From contig JBBRBD010000004.1 in the NCBI GenBank assembly GCA_038206135.1, positions 13,268-77,267 on the forward strand: a stretch of 64,000 nucleotides of DNA, in the 5' to 3' direction. Source of the DNA: Patescibacteria group bacterium. GTDB lineage: Bacteria; Patescibacteriota; Microgenomatia; UBA8517. Both the position numbers and the translations under genes were made by a program. Positions 20,554-29,499 of this stretch are shown in pieces (within the stretch, counting starts at the first letter, position 1; every line of letters starts with the position of its first letter). The notes below the pieces were generated by a model. The model searched no databases. It was not told where the DNA came from and saw only the letters and a program-made list of their open reading frames with translations.

Positions 20554-22374
20554 CTATTTATATCCTTTCGCCTGCAGTTCAAATAATTCATGATATTTTG
20601 CATTGTTCTTCATAAGCGTCTTATGTGTTCCTTGTTCTAGTATTGTCCCATTTCCTAGTAAAATGATTTTATCCGCAATACGTACCGTTGAAAATCGCTG
20701 GGTTACGAAAATAAGAATTTTGTTCGCCGCAATTTTCCCAAGCTCATTAAATATTTGTTCTTCAGCTTCTGGATCAACACTACTTGTTGGTTCATCCATC
20801 ACAATTACCCTAGCATTTTTACGAAATAACATACGTGCAATTCCAATTCGTTGCCATTGCCCCATTGAAGGACGAATTCCACCTAAGAACTGTGGGTCAA
20901 GTGGATTTTGATATTTGCCTGGCAACGTTTGTATGAAAGAATCAATATCAGTACGTTTTGCAGCTTCCTTTATTCCTTCCATATTGTTGATGTCAGATAT
21001 ACTTCCATACCCAATCGATTCATGTGCAGAAAACGGATAGGTTTCAAACTCTTGAAAAAGCACAGCCATCCTTTTACGCCAGAGATCAGGGTTAATCAAC
21101 GATAATTTCACACCGTTCACCAAAATCTCTCCTTTTTGAGGATCGTAGAATCGTGCAAGTAGTTTTAGTAGCGTAGATTTCCCAGCTCCATTTACTCCTA
21201 CAATCGCTACATGTTCACCTTCCCGAAGCATCAAATTAATATTTTTAAGCGTCCACTTTTGCTTTTTCTTGTATTTAAACCAAACATTTTTAAATTCAAT
21301 AGTAAGCGGCTCATTTTCAGGAAAGGTTTCGTCACCTACTTTTCCTATTTGTGGTTCTAAATTTAAAAACCAGACTAGTTCAGAAACATACAAATAATTT
21401 TCATAAATATCAAAAAGAGAACTCGTAAAGTTTTGGAATTCACCTTGAACTCGTTTAAGCGCAGAAAAGTATAACTGGAAAGAACCAATTGAAATAGTAC
21501 GAAGCAGCGTTAAATACACCATCCAAACGGTAAGCGCACCATCAGTAATGGTGAGAGGCAAAAAACTCAGCAATGTAGATTTTTCCCATTTCCAATCGTA
21601 GTCAGCTCTCATCTTTAATATTTTATTTGAATTTTTTTCGTATTTTTTAGACAAAAATGGAACTAAATCTAAAATTTTCAACTCCATAAAATTTCTATTT
21701 TTAAGGAGATAATAGTGGAGCCAGCCCTGAACTTTTTGAATTGGAGAAAGCTCTGTAGACAAATTAAATCTTTCTTTAACAAGTTTAGAATTGGTGAATA
21801 CTCGAGGTAGTGTAGACAACAAAATTGCAAGTGCGGCAATAGGGCTTAATGGAACAAGTAACGCAATTGCAGTTACGAGAGAAACAATATTTCCAGGAAT
21901 ATCAATTAAAGGTGAAATAAGACTATACGCTCTTCCTGATTCTTGATCTATTTTGGTATACCTGTCTTCAAATGAAGCGCTTTCAATCGTTGCTAGATCT
22001 AAACTTGCTAGTTTCCTTGATTTTTTAACTTCAAGTTCGGCATAAAATCCTCGAGTTAAAATACTCTGCATAAATGAGTTACCTTGATTGATAAGAATTT
22101 GTAAAAAACCTAAACTAACAGATCCTAAAACAAGCAAGATAAGTTTATGTTCAATTTCAAGAAAATTTCCGTCAGTTGCACCTTTAACTAACGTGTCGAT
22201 AATAAGCTTTTGAATATATAAAGTTGGAGCAACCAAAAGCCCAGATAAAATTCCAATTAAAAAAACCGCGATTAAAAATTTAGGCTGTGTTTCCCATGCA
22301 AGTTTAAAAACAGCATGAAATGTAAAGAGAAATTGGTTAATTCTACTGATCGTCTTTTTAGGGAAGCGTCTCAC
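20554..22374 (-). CDS. ABC exporter, fused permease-ATPase (MsbA-like)
   Basis: 606 aa. N-terminal 6-TM domain, Walker A GVNGAGKST, signature MGQWQRIGIAR, Walker B VIVMDEPTSSVD. Confidence 0.85.
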   Translation of the reverse strand: MRRFPKKTISRINQFLFTFHAVFKLAWETQPKFLIAVFLIGILSGLLVAPTLYIQKLIIDTLVKGATDGNFLEIEHKLILLVLGSVSLGFLQILINQGNSFMQSILTRGFYAELEVKKSRKLASLDLATIESASFEDRYTKIDQESGRAYSLISPLIDIPGNIVSLVTAIALLVPLSPIAALAILLSTLPRVFTNSKLVKERFNLSTELSPIQKVQGWLHYYLLKNRNFMELKILDLVPFLSKKYEKNSNKILKMRADYDWKWEKSTLLSFLPLTITDGALTVWMVYLTLLRTISIGSFQLYFSALKRVQGEFQNFTSSLFDIYENYLYVSELVWFLNLEPQIGKVGDETFPENEPLTIEFKNVWFKYKKKQKWTLKNINLMLREGEHVAIVGVNGAGKSTLLKLLARFYDPQKGEILVNGVKLSLINPDLWRKRMAVLFQEFETYPFSAHESIGYGSISDINNMEGIKEAAKRTDIDSFIQTLPGKYQNPLDPQFLGGIRPSMGQWQRIGIARMLFRKNARVIVMDEPTSSVDPEAEEQIFNELGKIAANKILIFVTQRFSTVRIADKIILLGNGTILEQGTHKTLMKNNAKYHELFELQAKGYK

Positions 22375-22433
22375 CTTTGTATTGTATCAAAATAACACAT
22401 TCGGGTTTTGTTAGTTTGTGGTATAGTGAGCAA

Positions 22434-23591
22434 ATGGGTACTTCACTAGCAGAGATTTTACGACCTAGAAAACTAGAAGACTATATTGGTCAAGAACACC
22501 TTATGGGTGTTGGAAAAATTATTCCATTGCTTCTAACTAATGCCAAGAAAAATGCATTTTTCCCTTCGATTATTTTATGGGGTCCACCTGGCGTTGGAAA
22601 AACAACTCTTGCACGAATAATCGCGACTGATTTAAAACGACCATTTTATGAATTTTCAGCTGTGAATGCATCAGCGAAGGATATTGGCAACGCATTGAGT
22701 TCTGATGAGGAAACTCCAATTGTTTTCTTAGACGAAATTCACCGATTCAACAAAGCACAACAAGATAAACTATTACCTTTAGTCGAACAAGGAAAAATGA
22801 TTCTCATAGGTGCAACGACTGAAAACCCTTCGTTTGAAGTAATACGCCCACTCTTATCTCGCTCTCGTGTTCTTGTCTTGAAAGAATTATCTGAAATAGA
22901 TCTTGAGACAGTCACGAATAAGGCACTTGCTTTATTAGATAAAACGATTACGAAAGAAGCTCTTGAGTTTTTAATACAAAGTGCAAATGGTGATGCAAGA
23001 ATTTTACTGAATGTTTTAGAAATAGCAGGTAATATAGAGATAAAGAAAAAACTTGAAATTCATTTAATCGAACAAGCTCTTCAGCGAAAAAGCATTGGTT
23101 TTGATAGACAGGGTGACGAACATTTCAACGTTATTTCAGCGTTTATCAAAAGCATGCGTGCGTCGCAACCTGATGCATCACTTTATTATCTAGCTCGTAT
23201 GATAGAGGCTGGGCAAGACCCATTATATATAGCTCGTCGGATGGTAATCTTTGCATCAGAAGATATTGGAATTGCACAACCGACAGCATTAGTTGTAGCA
23301 AATGAAGTTTTTCGATCATGTGAAATTATTGGTTATCCTGAATGTTCAATAAATTTAGCACATGGTGTTGTGTATTTATGTGAGGCGAAAAAAGACAGAA
23401 GTGCATATGACGGCTTGAGAGCAGCTCAAGAAGATGTACGAAATTTGGGAAACCTCCCTATCCCTTTAAAAGTGAGAAATGCACCCACAAATCTAATGAG
23501 GAAATTAAACTATGGAAAAGATTATGAAATGTACGATAACGAAAGCTATTTACCTGAAAAGTTAAAAACAAAGAAATATTTTAAAAGATAA
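22434..23591 (+). CDS. rarA: replication-associated recombination protein A (AAA+)
   Basis: ILWGPPGVGKTTLARIIA Walker A, VFLDEIHRFNKAQQD, and the MgsA C-terminal domain. Start placed at MGTSLAEIL rather than the upstream TTG. Confidence 0.85.
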   Translation: MGTSLAEILRPRKLEDYIGQEHLMGVGKIIPLLLTNAKKNAFFPSIILWGPPGVGKTTLARIIATDLKRPFYEFSAVNASAKDIGNALSSDEETPIVFLDEIHRFNKAQQDKLLPLVEQGKMILIGATTENPSFEVIRPLLSRSRVLVLKELSEIDLETVTNKALALLDKTITKEALEFLIQSANGDARILLNVLEIAGNIEIKKKLEIHLIEQALQRKSIGFDRQGDEHFNVISAFIKSMRASQPDASLYYLARMIEAGQDPLYIARRMVIFASEDIGIAQPTALVVANEVFRSCEIIGYPECSINLAHGVVYLCEAKKDRSAYDGLRAAQEDVRNLGNLPIPLKVRNAPTNLMRKLNYGKDYEMYDNESYLPEKLKTKKYFKR

Positions 23592-24050
23592 TTCAGAAGT
23601 TGCACCAGTCGCAAACATAACACAGGAATTGACAACTGTATAGACGTTTTCTCCTCCTGTCCACTTGGGTGTGAGCTTTTGAAGATCACACACTCTCTTT
23701 TACATTATTCATATATAATGTCTGTAACGTTTAATATTTTCGAGGTATATAAGTGACAGTAAAAATATACGTTGAACAGAGAGGTGTAGTGCGAGAAAGG
23801 TACCCCCACAAAAGGAGAACATCTATAAGTGAAACTAATCAGTTGAAGATAGTCTTCACACATTCGGGGCAGTATTCTTCTTCCATACCACATCGCTCAA
23901 CTATAGAAAATGAGATCGGAACAGAGATTCATGAACTTAATCTTGATATCTCATTAAAGTATTGGGAAAAAGCTATTGCAGAAGCAGTTTGTGAAGATCA
24001 CCCAAATGCAGTTGTTTTGATTCATCTTTGTGAATAAGTGGTTTCAACGT

Positions 24051-24072
24051 GGGTACAGCAAATACTGTACCC
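24051..24072 (+). promoter_or_regulatory. perfect inverted repeat GGGTACAG-N6-CTGTACCC upstream of the permease paralog
   Basis: 8-bp arms with a 6-bp spacer, 49 nt upstream of the probable ATG (24121). A GGGTACA half-site recurs at 24105-24111. Confidence 0.35.
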
Positions 24073-24120
24073 TTAAATTTTAAAGGAATTTTTTAGTTGA
24101 TTAGGGTACAATGGATTGCG

Positions 24121-25110
24121 ATGCTTCCACTTTCTCTCATAACCCTCGCTTTCTTTACCGGTCTCACCAGCGGAGGATTTTCCTGTGTTGCAATTCAAGG
24201 TGGACTCATGAGTTCTGCTCTATCAAGAGTCCCTCAAAAGGGCGTTGGACTCGCAAGTTTCTTGATTGCAAAACTTATTGCATACATTCTTCTTGGATTC
24301 TTTTTGGGAGTTGTTGGTAGTGGACTCCAAATTAGTTTCACTATACAAGGATGGATTCAAATATTCGCAGGACTTTATATGCTTGCAAGCGCTGCAAACC
24401 TCATGGAAATTCACCCAATTTTTCGATATACAGTCATCACTCCACCAAAATTTTTGTTTAAATTAGCTAAAAACACTACAAAGACAGAATCAATTTTTAC
24501 CCCGGCAATTTTGGGTGCATTTACTATTTTTCTTCCATGTGGAGTTACACAAAGTATGATGCTTTTGGCTTTATCAACGGGAAGTGGATTAAATGGGGCA
24601 TTACTTATGGGAGTTTTTACTTTAGCTACAATCCCCCAATTTATTGCTATAGGCGTGACAGCAAGCATTTTTTTCTCGAAAAAAATATTTAGATTAGGAG
24701 CATCTCTGGCAGTGGCATATGTTGGGTTGCTTTCAATCAATACCGGGCAAATACTCAGAGGTTCACCTCATACATTTCAAAATTATACATATGTTTTGCG
24801 ACATAGTTCTCCTAATGAAGCACTTGCAGCCCCAACAGAAAGTGGCATTCAGATTGTGAATGTCGCTGTTTCGACAAACGGATATGCAATGTCTTCTCAT
24901 GTTCTAAAGGCGGGAATACCAGTTCTTCTAACCTTGAATGCGACGGGAGTTCAGGGATGTGCAAGAGACTTCTCTATCCCCTCATTGGGAATTACCAAAC
25001 AACTTCCTGAAAATGGCACCGAAACACTTAGTTTTACAGCCCCACAAAAAGGCCTTTTGACATACTCATGTAACCAGGGTCTGCATGTAGGAAGCTTTGA
25101 AGTAATTTAA
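24121..25110 (+). CDS. DsbD_2/TauE-SafE-like 6-TM permease with paired TM cysteines, fused to a C-terminal cupredoxin-like domain (paralog 1)
   Basis: Aligns along its full length with ORF 61857-62852: GLTSGGFSCVAIQGG vs GLTAGGVSCLAVQGG; FLPCGVTQSMM vs LVPCGITQGMM; C-terminal TYSCNQGLHVGSFEVI vs PFSCAMGMYTGEFQVI. Confidence 0.6.
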   Translation: MLPLSLITLAFFTGLTSGGFSCVAIQGGLMSSALSRVPQKGVGLASFLIAKLIAYILLGFFLGVVGSGLQISFTIQGWIQIFAGLYMLASAANLMEIHPIFRYTVITPPKFLFKLAKNTTKTESIFTPAILGAFTIFLPCGVTQSMMLLALSTGSGLNGALLMGVFTLATIPQFIAIGVTASIFFSKKIFRLGASLAVAYVGLLSINTGQILRGSPHTFQNYTYVLRHSSPNEALAAPTESGIQIVNVAVSTNGYAMSSHVLKAGIPVLLTLNATGVQGCARDFSIPSLGITKQLPENGTETLSFTAPQKGLLTYSCNQGLHVGSFEVI

Positions 25111-25258
25111 AGTAACTGAAATTTCCAAGTTCAATATCACATACTATTACGTGCAATAGGACTCACTGTTGAGCATCGATTTGTGGTCGTATTCTTAAGC
25201 TTAATGCAGATTAAACAAATGGTTATCTAAAGGCTTTATTAGTTTTTTGAAGAACACA

Positions 25259-26035
25259 TTATTTACGCAAGCTTTGAATCATATCGCTTGCAACCACTTT
25301 TACAGCTTCTTGAACTGTAGTCATAAATTGAGCTGGGAAAATAATCGTTGAATTTTTTTCTGTTGCAATTTCACTCATTGTTTGAAGAGTTCTCAATTGA
25401 AGTGCGACTGGATGTGCACCAATAATGTCTGCTGCTTCTGCGAGTTTTGCAGCAGCTTGCATTTCACCTTCTGCCGCAATAATTTTCGCTCTACGTTCAC
25501 GTTCTGCTTCAGCCTCCTTAGCCATTGCGCGTTGCATATTGTCAGGTACCGAAATATCTTTAATTTCAACTGCAGTTACTTGCACTCCCCAAGGTTCAGT
25601 ATGGTTATCAATTACAATTTTAATTTTGTCGTTGATTTGTACAGTTTCAGTCAGCAATTCATCAAGCAAAAACTGGCCAACTACATTTCTCACAGTAGTC
25701 TGACTAATCTGGTTTACTCCAGAATGAACGTTTTCAATACCAATGACACTCTTTTTAGGGTCAACAACATGATAATAAGCAACCGCTGCAATATCAATAG
25801 AAACGTTATCTTTAGTAATAATTTTCTGTGAAGGAATTTCCATTGTTATCGTACGAAGTCCAATTGTCACCATGCGCTCGACCACTGGTAGAAGTATAAT
25901 AAGTCCTGGTCCCCGGACACCAGTTACACGACCTAGAAAGAAAACAACACCACGTTCATATTCTTGAACGACACGCACAGAAGTTACCAAGATTGCAATA
26001 ACAATAATTAGAAGTGTTCCAAATAAAAATCCCAT
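25259..26035 (-). CDS. SPFH/band-7 (stomatin-like) membrane protein
   Basis: N-terminal TM, then [37 protein letters not shown] and a C-terminal Ala/Glu-rich coiled coil. Confidence 0.8.
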   Translation of the reverse strand: MGFLFGTLLIIVIAILVTSVRVVQEYERGVVFFLGRVTGVRGPGLIILLPVVERMVTIGLRTITMEIPSQKIITKDNVSIDIAAVAYYHVVDPKKSVIGIENVHSGVNQISQTTVRNVVGQFLLDELLTETVQINDKIKIVIDNHTEPWGVQVTAVEIKDISVPDNMQRAMAKEAEAERERRAKIIAAEGEMQAAAKLAEAADIIGAHPVALQLRTLQTMSEIATEKNSTIIFPAQFMTTVQEAVKVVASDMIQSLRK

Positions 26036-26044
26036 ATGATCCTA

Positions 26045-26944
26045 TTATACTCCTATACTTCTCGATAGAGTGATCTGTCTACATTCATCAGAACAAAATG
26101 CAAGTCCAGTATCATGATCACGACAATTTTCACAACAAATAAAATGCAGATGACACACATGATTCATACAATTTACATATGTATCGCAAGAAATGTTACA
26201 AAGCATGCATTGTCCAACTATTTCGTGATCTGGAGAATCTGTATTAAATCCAATAGTTAACCTATTATCGAACACATATAGTTTTCCTTTGAAATGTTCA
26301 TTCGGGTAAGCCTCCATATATGTCTGAATTCCATTTTCAAGTTGATACACGTCATTAAATCCATTTTGCAATAAAAAACCGGATGCTTTTTCACACCTCA
26401 CTCCCCCTGTACATACAGTCACAATAGTTTTGTTTTTAAGAGGTGACAGTTTTTCAACAACCGCCGGTAAATCTTTAAAATTGTGAAAACCAGATAAGAT
26501 GCTTCCTTCAAAATGACCTGAAATATATTCGTAGTCATTTCGCATATCAACAATATAAAATTCTTTGTTATCCAAAAACCACTCATGCAATTTTTCAACA
26601 CTCAAGTGCTTCCCTGTTACAGAATTTGGATTTAAATTGGGAATATTAGAAGCTACTATTTCTGGTCTAACTTTTATAGAAAGCTTTCCAAAAGCAGACC
26701 CAGTTCCTTCACTTTTTTTAAAATCTATCCCTGAAAATCGAACATCTTTCTTAAGCTCTAAAATATATTTCTCAGTATTTTCAATAGTGCCTTCTATCGT
26801 TCCATTTATTCCTTCAAAAGAAACAATAATCCTCCCCTTAAGATGAAGTTTCTCACATAACGCTCGCTGCTCGAACATCATCTTTTCAGGATTATCTATT
26901 TGGACGTATCGATAGTACAGGAGTACTTGAAAATGAGTTTTCAT
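26045..26944 (-). CDS. trhO: rhodanese-domain tRNA U34 hydroxylase TrhO (YceA/UPF0176)
   Basis: LLYYRYVQIDNPE...GRIIVSFEGINGTIEG N-domain, rhodanese active site VCTGGVRCEKASGFL, C-terminal Cys-rich tail. Confidence 0.75.
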   Translation of the reverse strand: MKTHFQVLLYYRYVQIDNPEKMMFEQRALCEKLHLKGRIIVSFEGINGTIEGTIENTEKYILELKKDVRFSGIDFKKSEGTGSAFGKLSIKVRPEIVASNIPNLNPNSVTGKHLSVEKLHEWFLDNKEFYIVDMRNDYEYISGHFEGSILSGFHNFKDLPAVVEKLSPLKNKTIVTVCTGGVRCEKASGFLLQNGFNDVYQLENGIQTYMEAYPNEHFKGKLYVFDNRLTIGFNTDSPDHEIVGQCMLCNISCDTYVNCMNHVCHLHFICCENCRDHDTGLAFCSDECRQITLSRSIGV

Positions 26945-26950
26945 ATGGAG

Positions 26951-28243
26951 TTACTTTTTTTCAATTTTTTCTTTACCCATCCACTTTTGAAGAACTTGAG
27001 GAATAAGAATCGATCCATCTTTTTGTTGGTAATTTTCGATTATTGCAATCAAAGTTCTGCCTATTGCAAACCCTGTTGCATCATTCATGTGAACAAATTC
27101 ATTTAAATTTGTAGTTCTCCGTACACGAGTATTTAATCTTCTACTTTGATAATCAGTGTTGTAGTCGCTCGTGTGAGTCTCACGGTATTTACCTTGAGAT
27201 GGCATCCACGTATTGATATCTGTTTGATTGTAGTCAGTTGGGCCCATATCACCTGTACAAATTTCCATAACTTCATATGGAAGTTCCAAACTTTGCATAA
27301 AATGTTCTTGGATTGCCACAATAAAATTTTGCTCAACAGCTCCGTTTTCAGGCAATGTAAAACTTTCCATTTCTAACTTATCAAACTGATGAACGCGCAA
27401 AATACCCCGAGTATCTTTACCATAAGAACCTGCTTCACGACGAAACGCTGTGGAAAAACCCACATAACGCAGTGGAAACTGTTTCTCCGGAATCAATTCA
27501 TCAATGTGTAGCGGCCCAAGTGTGTGTTCAGCACTACCAACTAAATATATATTATCCGAATCAATATAATAGCGCTCTTCAGTTGGACGCATTCGAGCCA
27601 TACGATCATAAACTTCAGGCAGAATCATAACAGGAGGAACAACGGGGACAAATGGTTTTGTAGAAACATCTAGCTTTGCTTTTTTCGCAATTTCCTTGAG
27701 TGTTTCTTCATTAGTTAAGACTGAGAATGCAAATTGAATTAGTGCAAATTCTAGCAAAGCAGCATCACCTTTAAGATAATTAAATCGTGCACCTGAAATT
27801 TTAGCTGCTTTTTCTACATCAATAATATCGAGGGCTTCGCCTAAAGCAATATGATCCTTTGGATAGAAATCGAATTTAGGGAGAGTTCCCCAGGTTCTCA
27901 CAACAGTATTTTCATCTTCATTACGTCCAACTTTAACTTTTTCTGAAGGAATATTGGGAATAGCCCATAAAGCTTCTTTCCATTTCGCTTCAAGCTCCGT
28001 GAGTTCTGGCTCTTTTGTAGAAAGCTCTTCTTTTGTTTTTTTACCGAGTTCAATATCTTTGTTTTTAGCAGCAGTGTTTTTGTCAGATCGAAGCTTTTCT
28101 ACTTCCTGCAAAAGGATTTTCCACTTCGAATCAAGTTCCAAGAAGATATCTACTAGTGAAGTTTCTTTTTGCTTCGCGGCAACACCTTTTTTAACCAGGT
28201 CTGTATTATCACGAATAAACTGTGGGTCGAGCATATGGGGCAA
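26951..28243 (-). CDS. serS: seryl-tRNA synthetase
   Basis: N-terminal coiled-coil arm (MLDPQFIRDNTDLVKKGVAAKQ), class II motifs FRREAGSYGKDTRGILRVHQFDKLE and GRTLIAIIENYQQKDGSILIP. Confidence 0.95.
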   Translation of the reverse strand: MPHMLDPQFIRDNTDLVKKGVAAKQKETSLVDIFLELDSKWKILLQEVEKLRSDKNTAAKNKDIELGKKTKEELSTKEPELTELEAKWKEALWAIPNIPSEKVKVGRNEDENTVVRTWGTLPKFDFYPKDHIALGEALDIIDVEKAAKISGARFNYLKGDAALLEFALIQFAFSVLTNEETLKEIAKKAKLDVSTKPFVPVVPPVMILPEVYDRMARMRPTEERYYIDSDNIYLVGSAEHTLGPLHIDELIPEKQFPLRYVGFSTAFRREAGSYGKDTRGILRVHQFDKLEMESFTLPENGAVEQNFIVAIQEHFMQSLELPYEVMEICTGDMGPTDYNQTDINTWMPSQGKYRETHTSDYNTDYQSRRLNTRVRRTTNLNEFVHMNDATGFAIGRTLIAIIENYQQKDGSILIPQVLQKWMGKEKIEKK

Positions 28244-28248
28244 TTATA

Positions 28249-28817
28249 TTACAATCCGAGGTCAGGGGCAATTTTCTGCATAGCAGTCAGGGCAATTGAT
28301 ATAAATTCACGAAGTGGAATATGAAGTTTTTCATCACACATTTCAATCTGTTTACGATCGACACCAGCGGCAAAACTTTTTTGACTCCATTTATTCATAA
28401 CAGAATCCACACTTACTAACGAAAGCTTCTTATCTGGCTTTACAAGGCAGTTGCAACAATAAGGCCGGTTAATTCATCACAGCAATAGAGTGCCCATTCA
28501 ATATCAGTTCTAGGCTCAGGGTTACCATCTACATAATTCCAACCATGTGCCAAAATTGCACCATGTATTTCAGCATCTACTGTATGTTCTCTAAGCCATT
28601 CAAGTACTAAGTGAGTATGTTTCTGAGTGTCAGTCTTAGTTATTTCATAGTCGGCATCGTGGAGCATTCCTGCCACTTGCCACTTTTCCTGATCTACCTT
28701 GTGACCTAATCGATCTGCAAGGTCTCCCATGACAATTGAGACAGCATAGCAATGCCTTCTTAAATTAATTGATTCCATTTTAGAGTGAAGAAATTCGCGC
28801 GATTCTTGAAGAGTCAT
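28249..28817 (-). pseudogene. HD-domain phosphohydrolase (COG2316-like) interrupted by a 1-nt frameshift near 28440
   Basis: ORF 28440-28817 (HD motif HCYAVSIVMGDLADRL...GMLHDADYE) stops at ...LIVATAL*. The family C-terminus (...VKPDKKLSLVSVDSVMNKWSQKSFAAGVDRKQIEMCDEKLHIPLREFISIALTAMQKIAPDLGL) continues without a stop in another frame through 28249. The shift is within gccttgtaaag. Confidence 0.45.
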
Positions 28818-28824
28818 ATCAATA

Positions 28825-29298
28825 TTATACTATTTCGAGAATAGTATATGAAACTTTTCCAGCTGGGGCGTCAACATCTACAATTTCCCCAACTTTTTTA
28901 TCCAAGAGTGCTTGTCCCAAAGGAGATTCATGCGAAATTTTCTTATTCAATGGATCTGCTTCCCATTCGCCTACAATCTTGTATTCATGCTTTTTTCCAT
29001 TAACTTCAACCATAACAACAGTACCCATTGAAACTTTTCCAGTTTTCTTTGGTTCATCGGTTACGATCAACGCGTTGTCCACAACGAGCTTTAAATCATC
29101 AATTCTACCGTCTAGAAGATCAAGATCATCTTTTGCACTTGTGTAATCTGAGTTTTCGGAAAGATCTCCTTCTCCTCGAGCACGCTCAAGCCGCGCCACT
29201 ACTGCGGGGCGCTTAACATTCACCATTTCTTCGTATTCAACCTTAATTTGGTCGAATCCAGACTGTGTTACTTGTACTTGCTTTACTTGATCGTTCAT
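28825..29298 (-). CDS. greA: transcription elongation factor GreA
   Basis: 157 aa. N-terminal coiled coil with acidic tip (GEGDLSENSDYTSAKDD), C-terminal FKBP-like domain. Confidence 0.9.
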   Translation of the reverse strand: MNDQVKQVQVTQSGFDQIKVEYEEMVNVKRPAVVARLERARGEGDLSENSDYTSAKDDLDLLDGRIDDLKLVVDNALIVTDEPKKTGKVSMGTVVMVEVNGKKHEYKIVGEWEADPLNKKISHESPLGQALLDKKVGEIVDVDAPAGKVSYTILEIV

Positions 29299-29499
29299 AT
29301 TAATTTTAGTATTTTACTCCTATTGTTGGCTCAAAAAAAACCCACCAAAATGTTTTTGTACGGTGTTTAAACCTACCGTGAGTTCAGGAAACTCTATCAA
29401 AAAATCCATTTTTAAGGTAAGTTTTCATAAGGGGGGTGTTTCACTAACAGGAAGAATTATATTGTTTCATAATGTAAATGTCAAGAAAAGCGTTTTAGC

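Noticed and set aside
22377-22433. TTG-initiated 5' extension of rarA
   Set aside because: Adds MYCIKITHSGFVSLWYSEQ before the conserved MgsA N-terminus and overlaps the divergent ABC exporter start. ATG at 22434 fits homologs.
23753-24037. 94-aa GTG-initiated ORF in the 500-bp spacer
   Set aside because: No ribosome-binding site and no recognisable motif. Retained only as part of the non-coding-gap finding.
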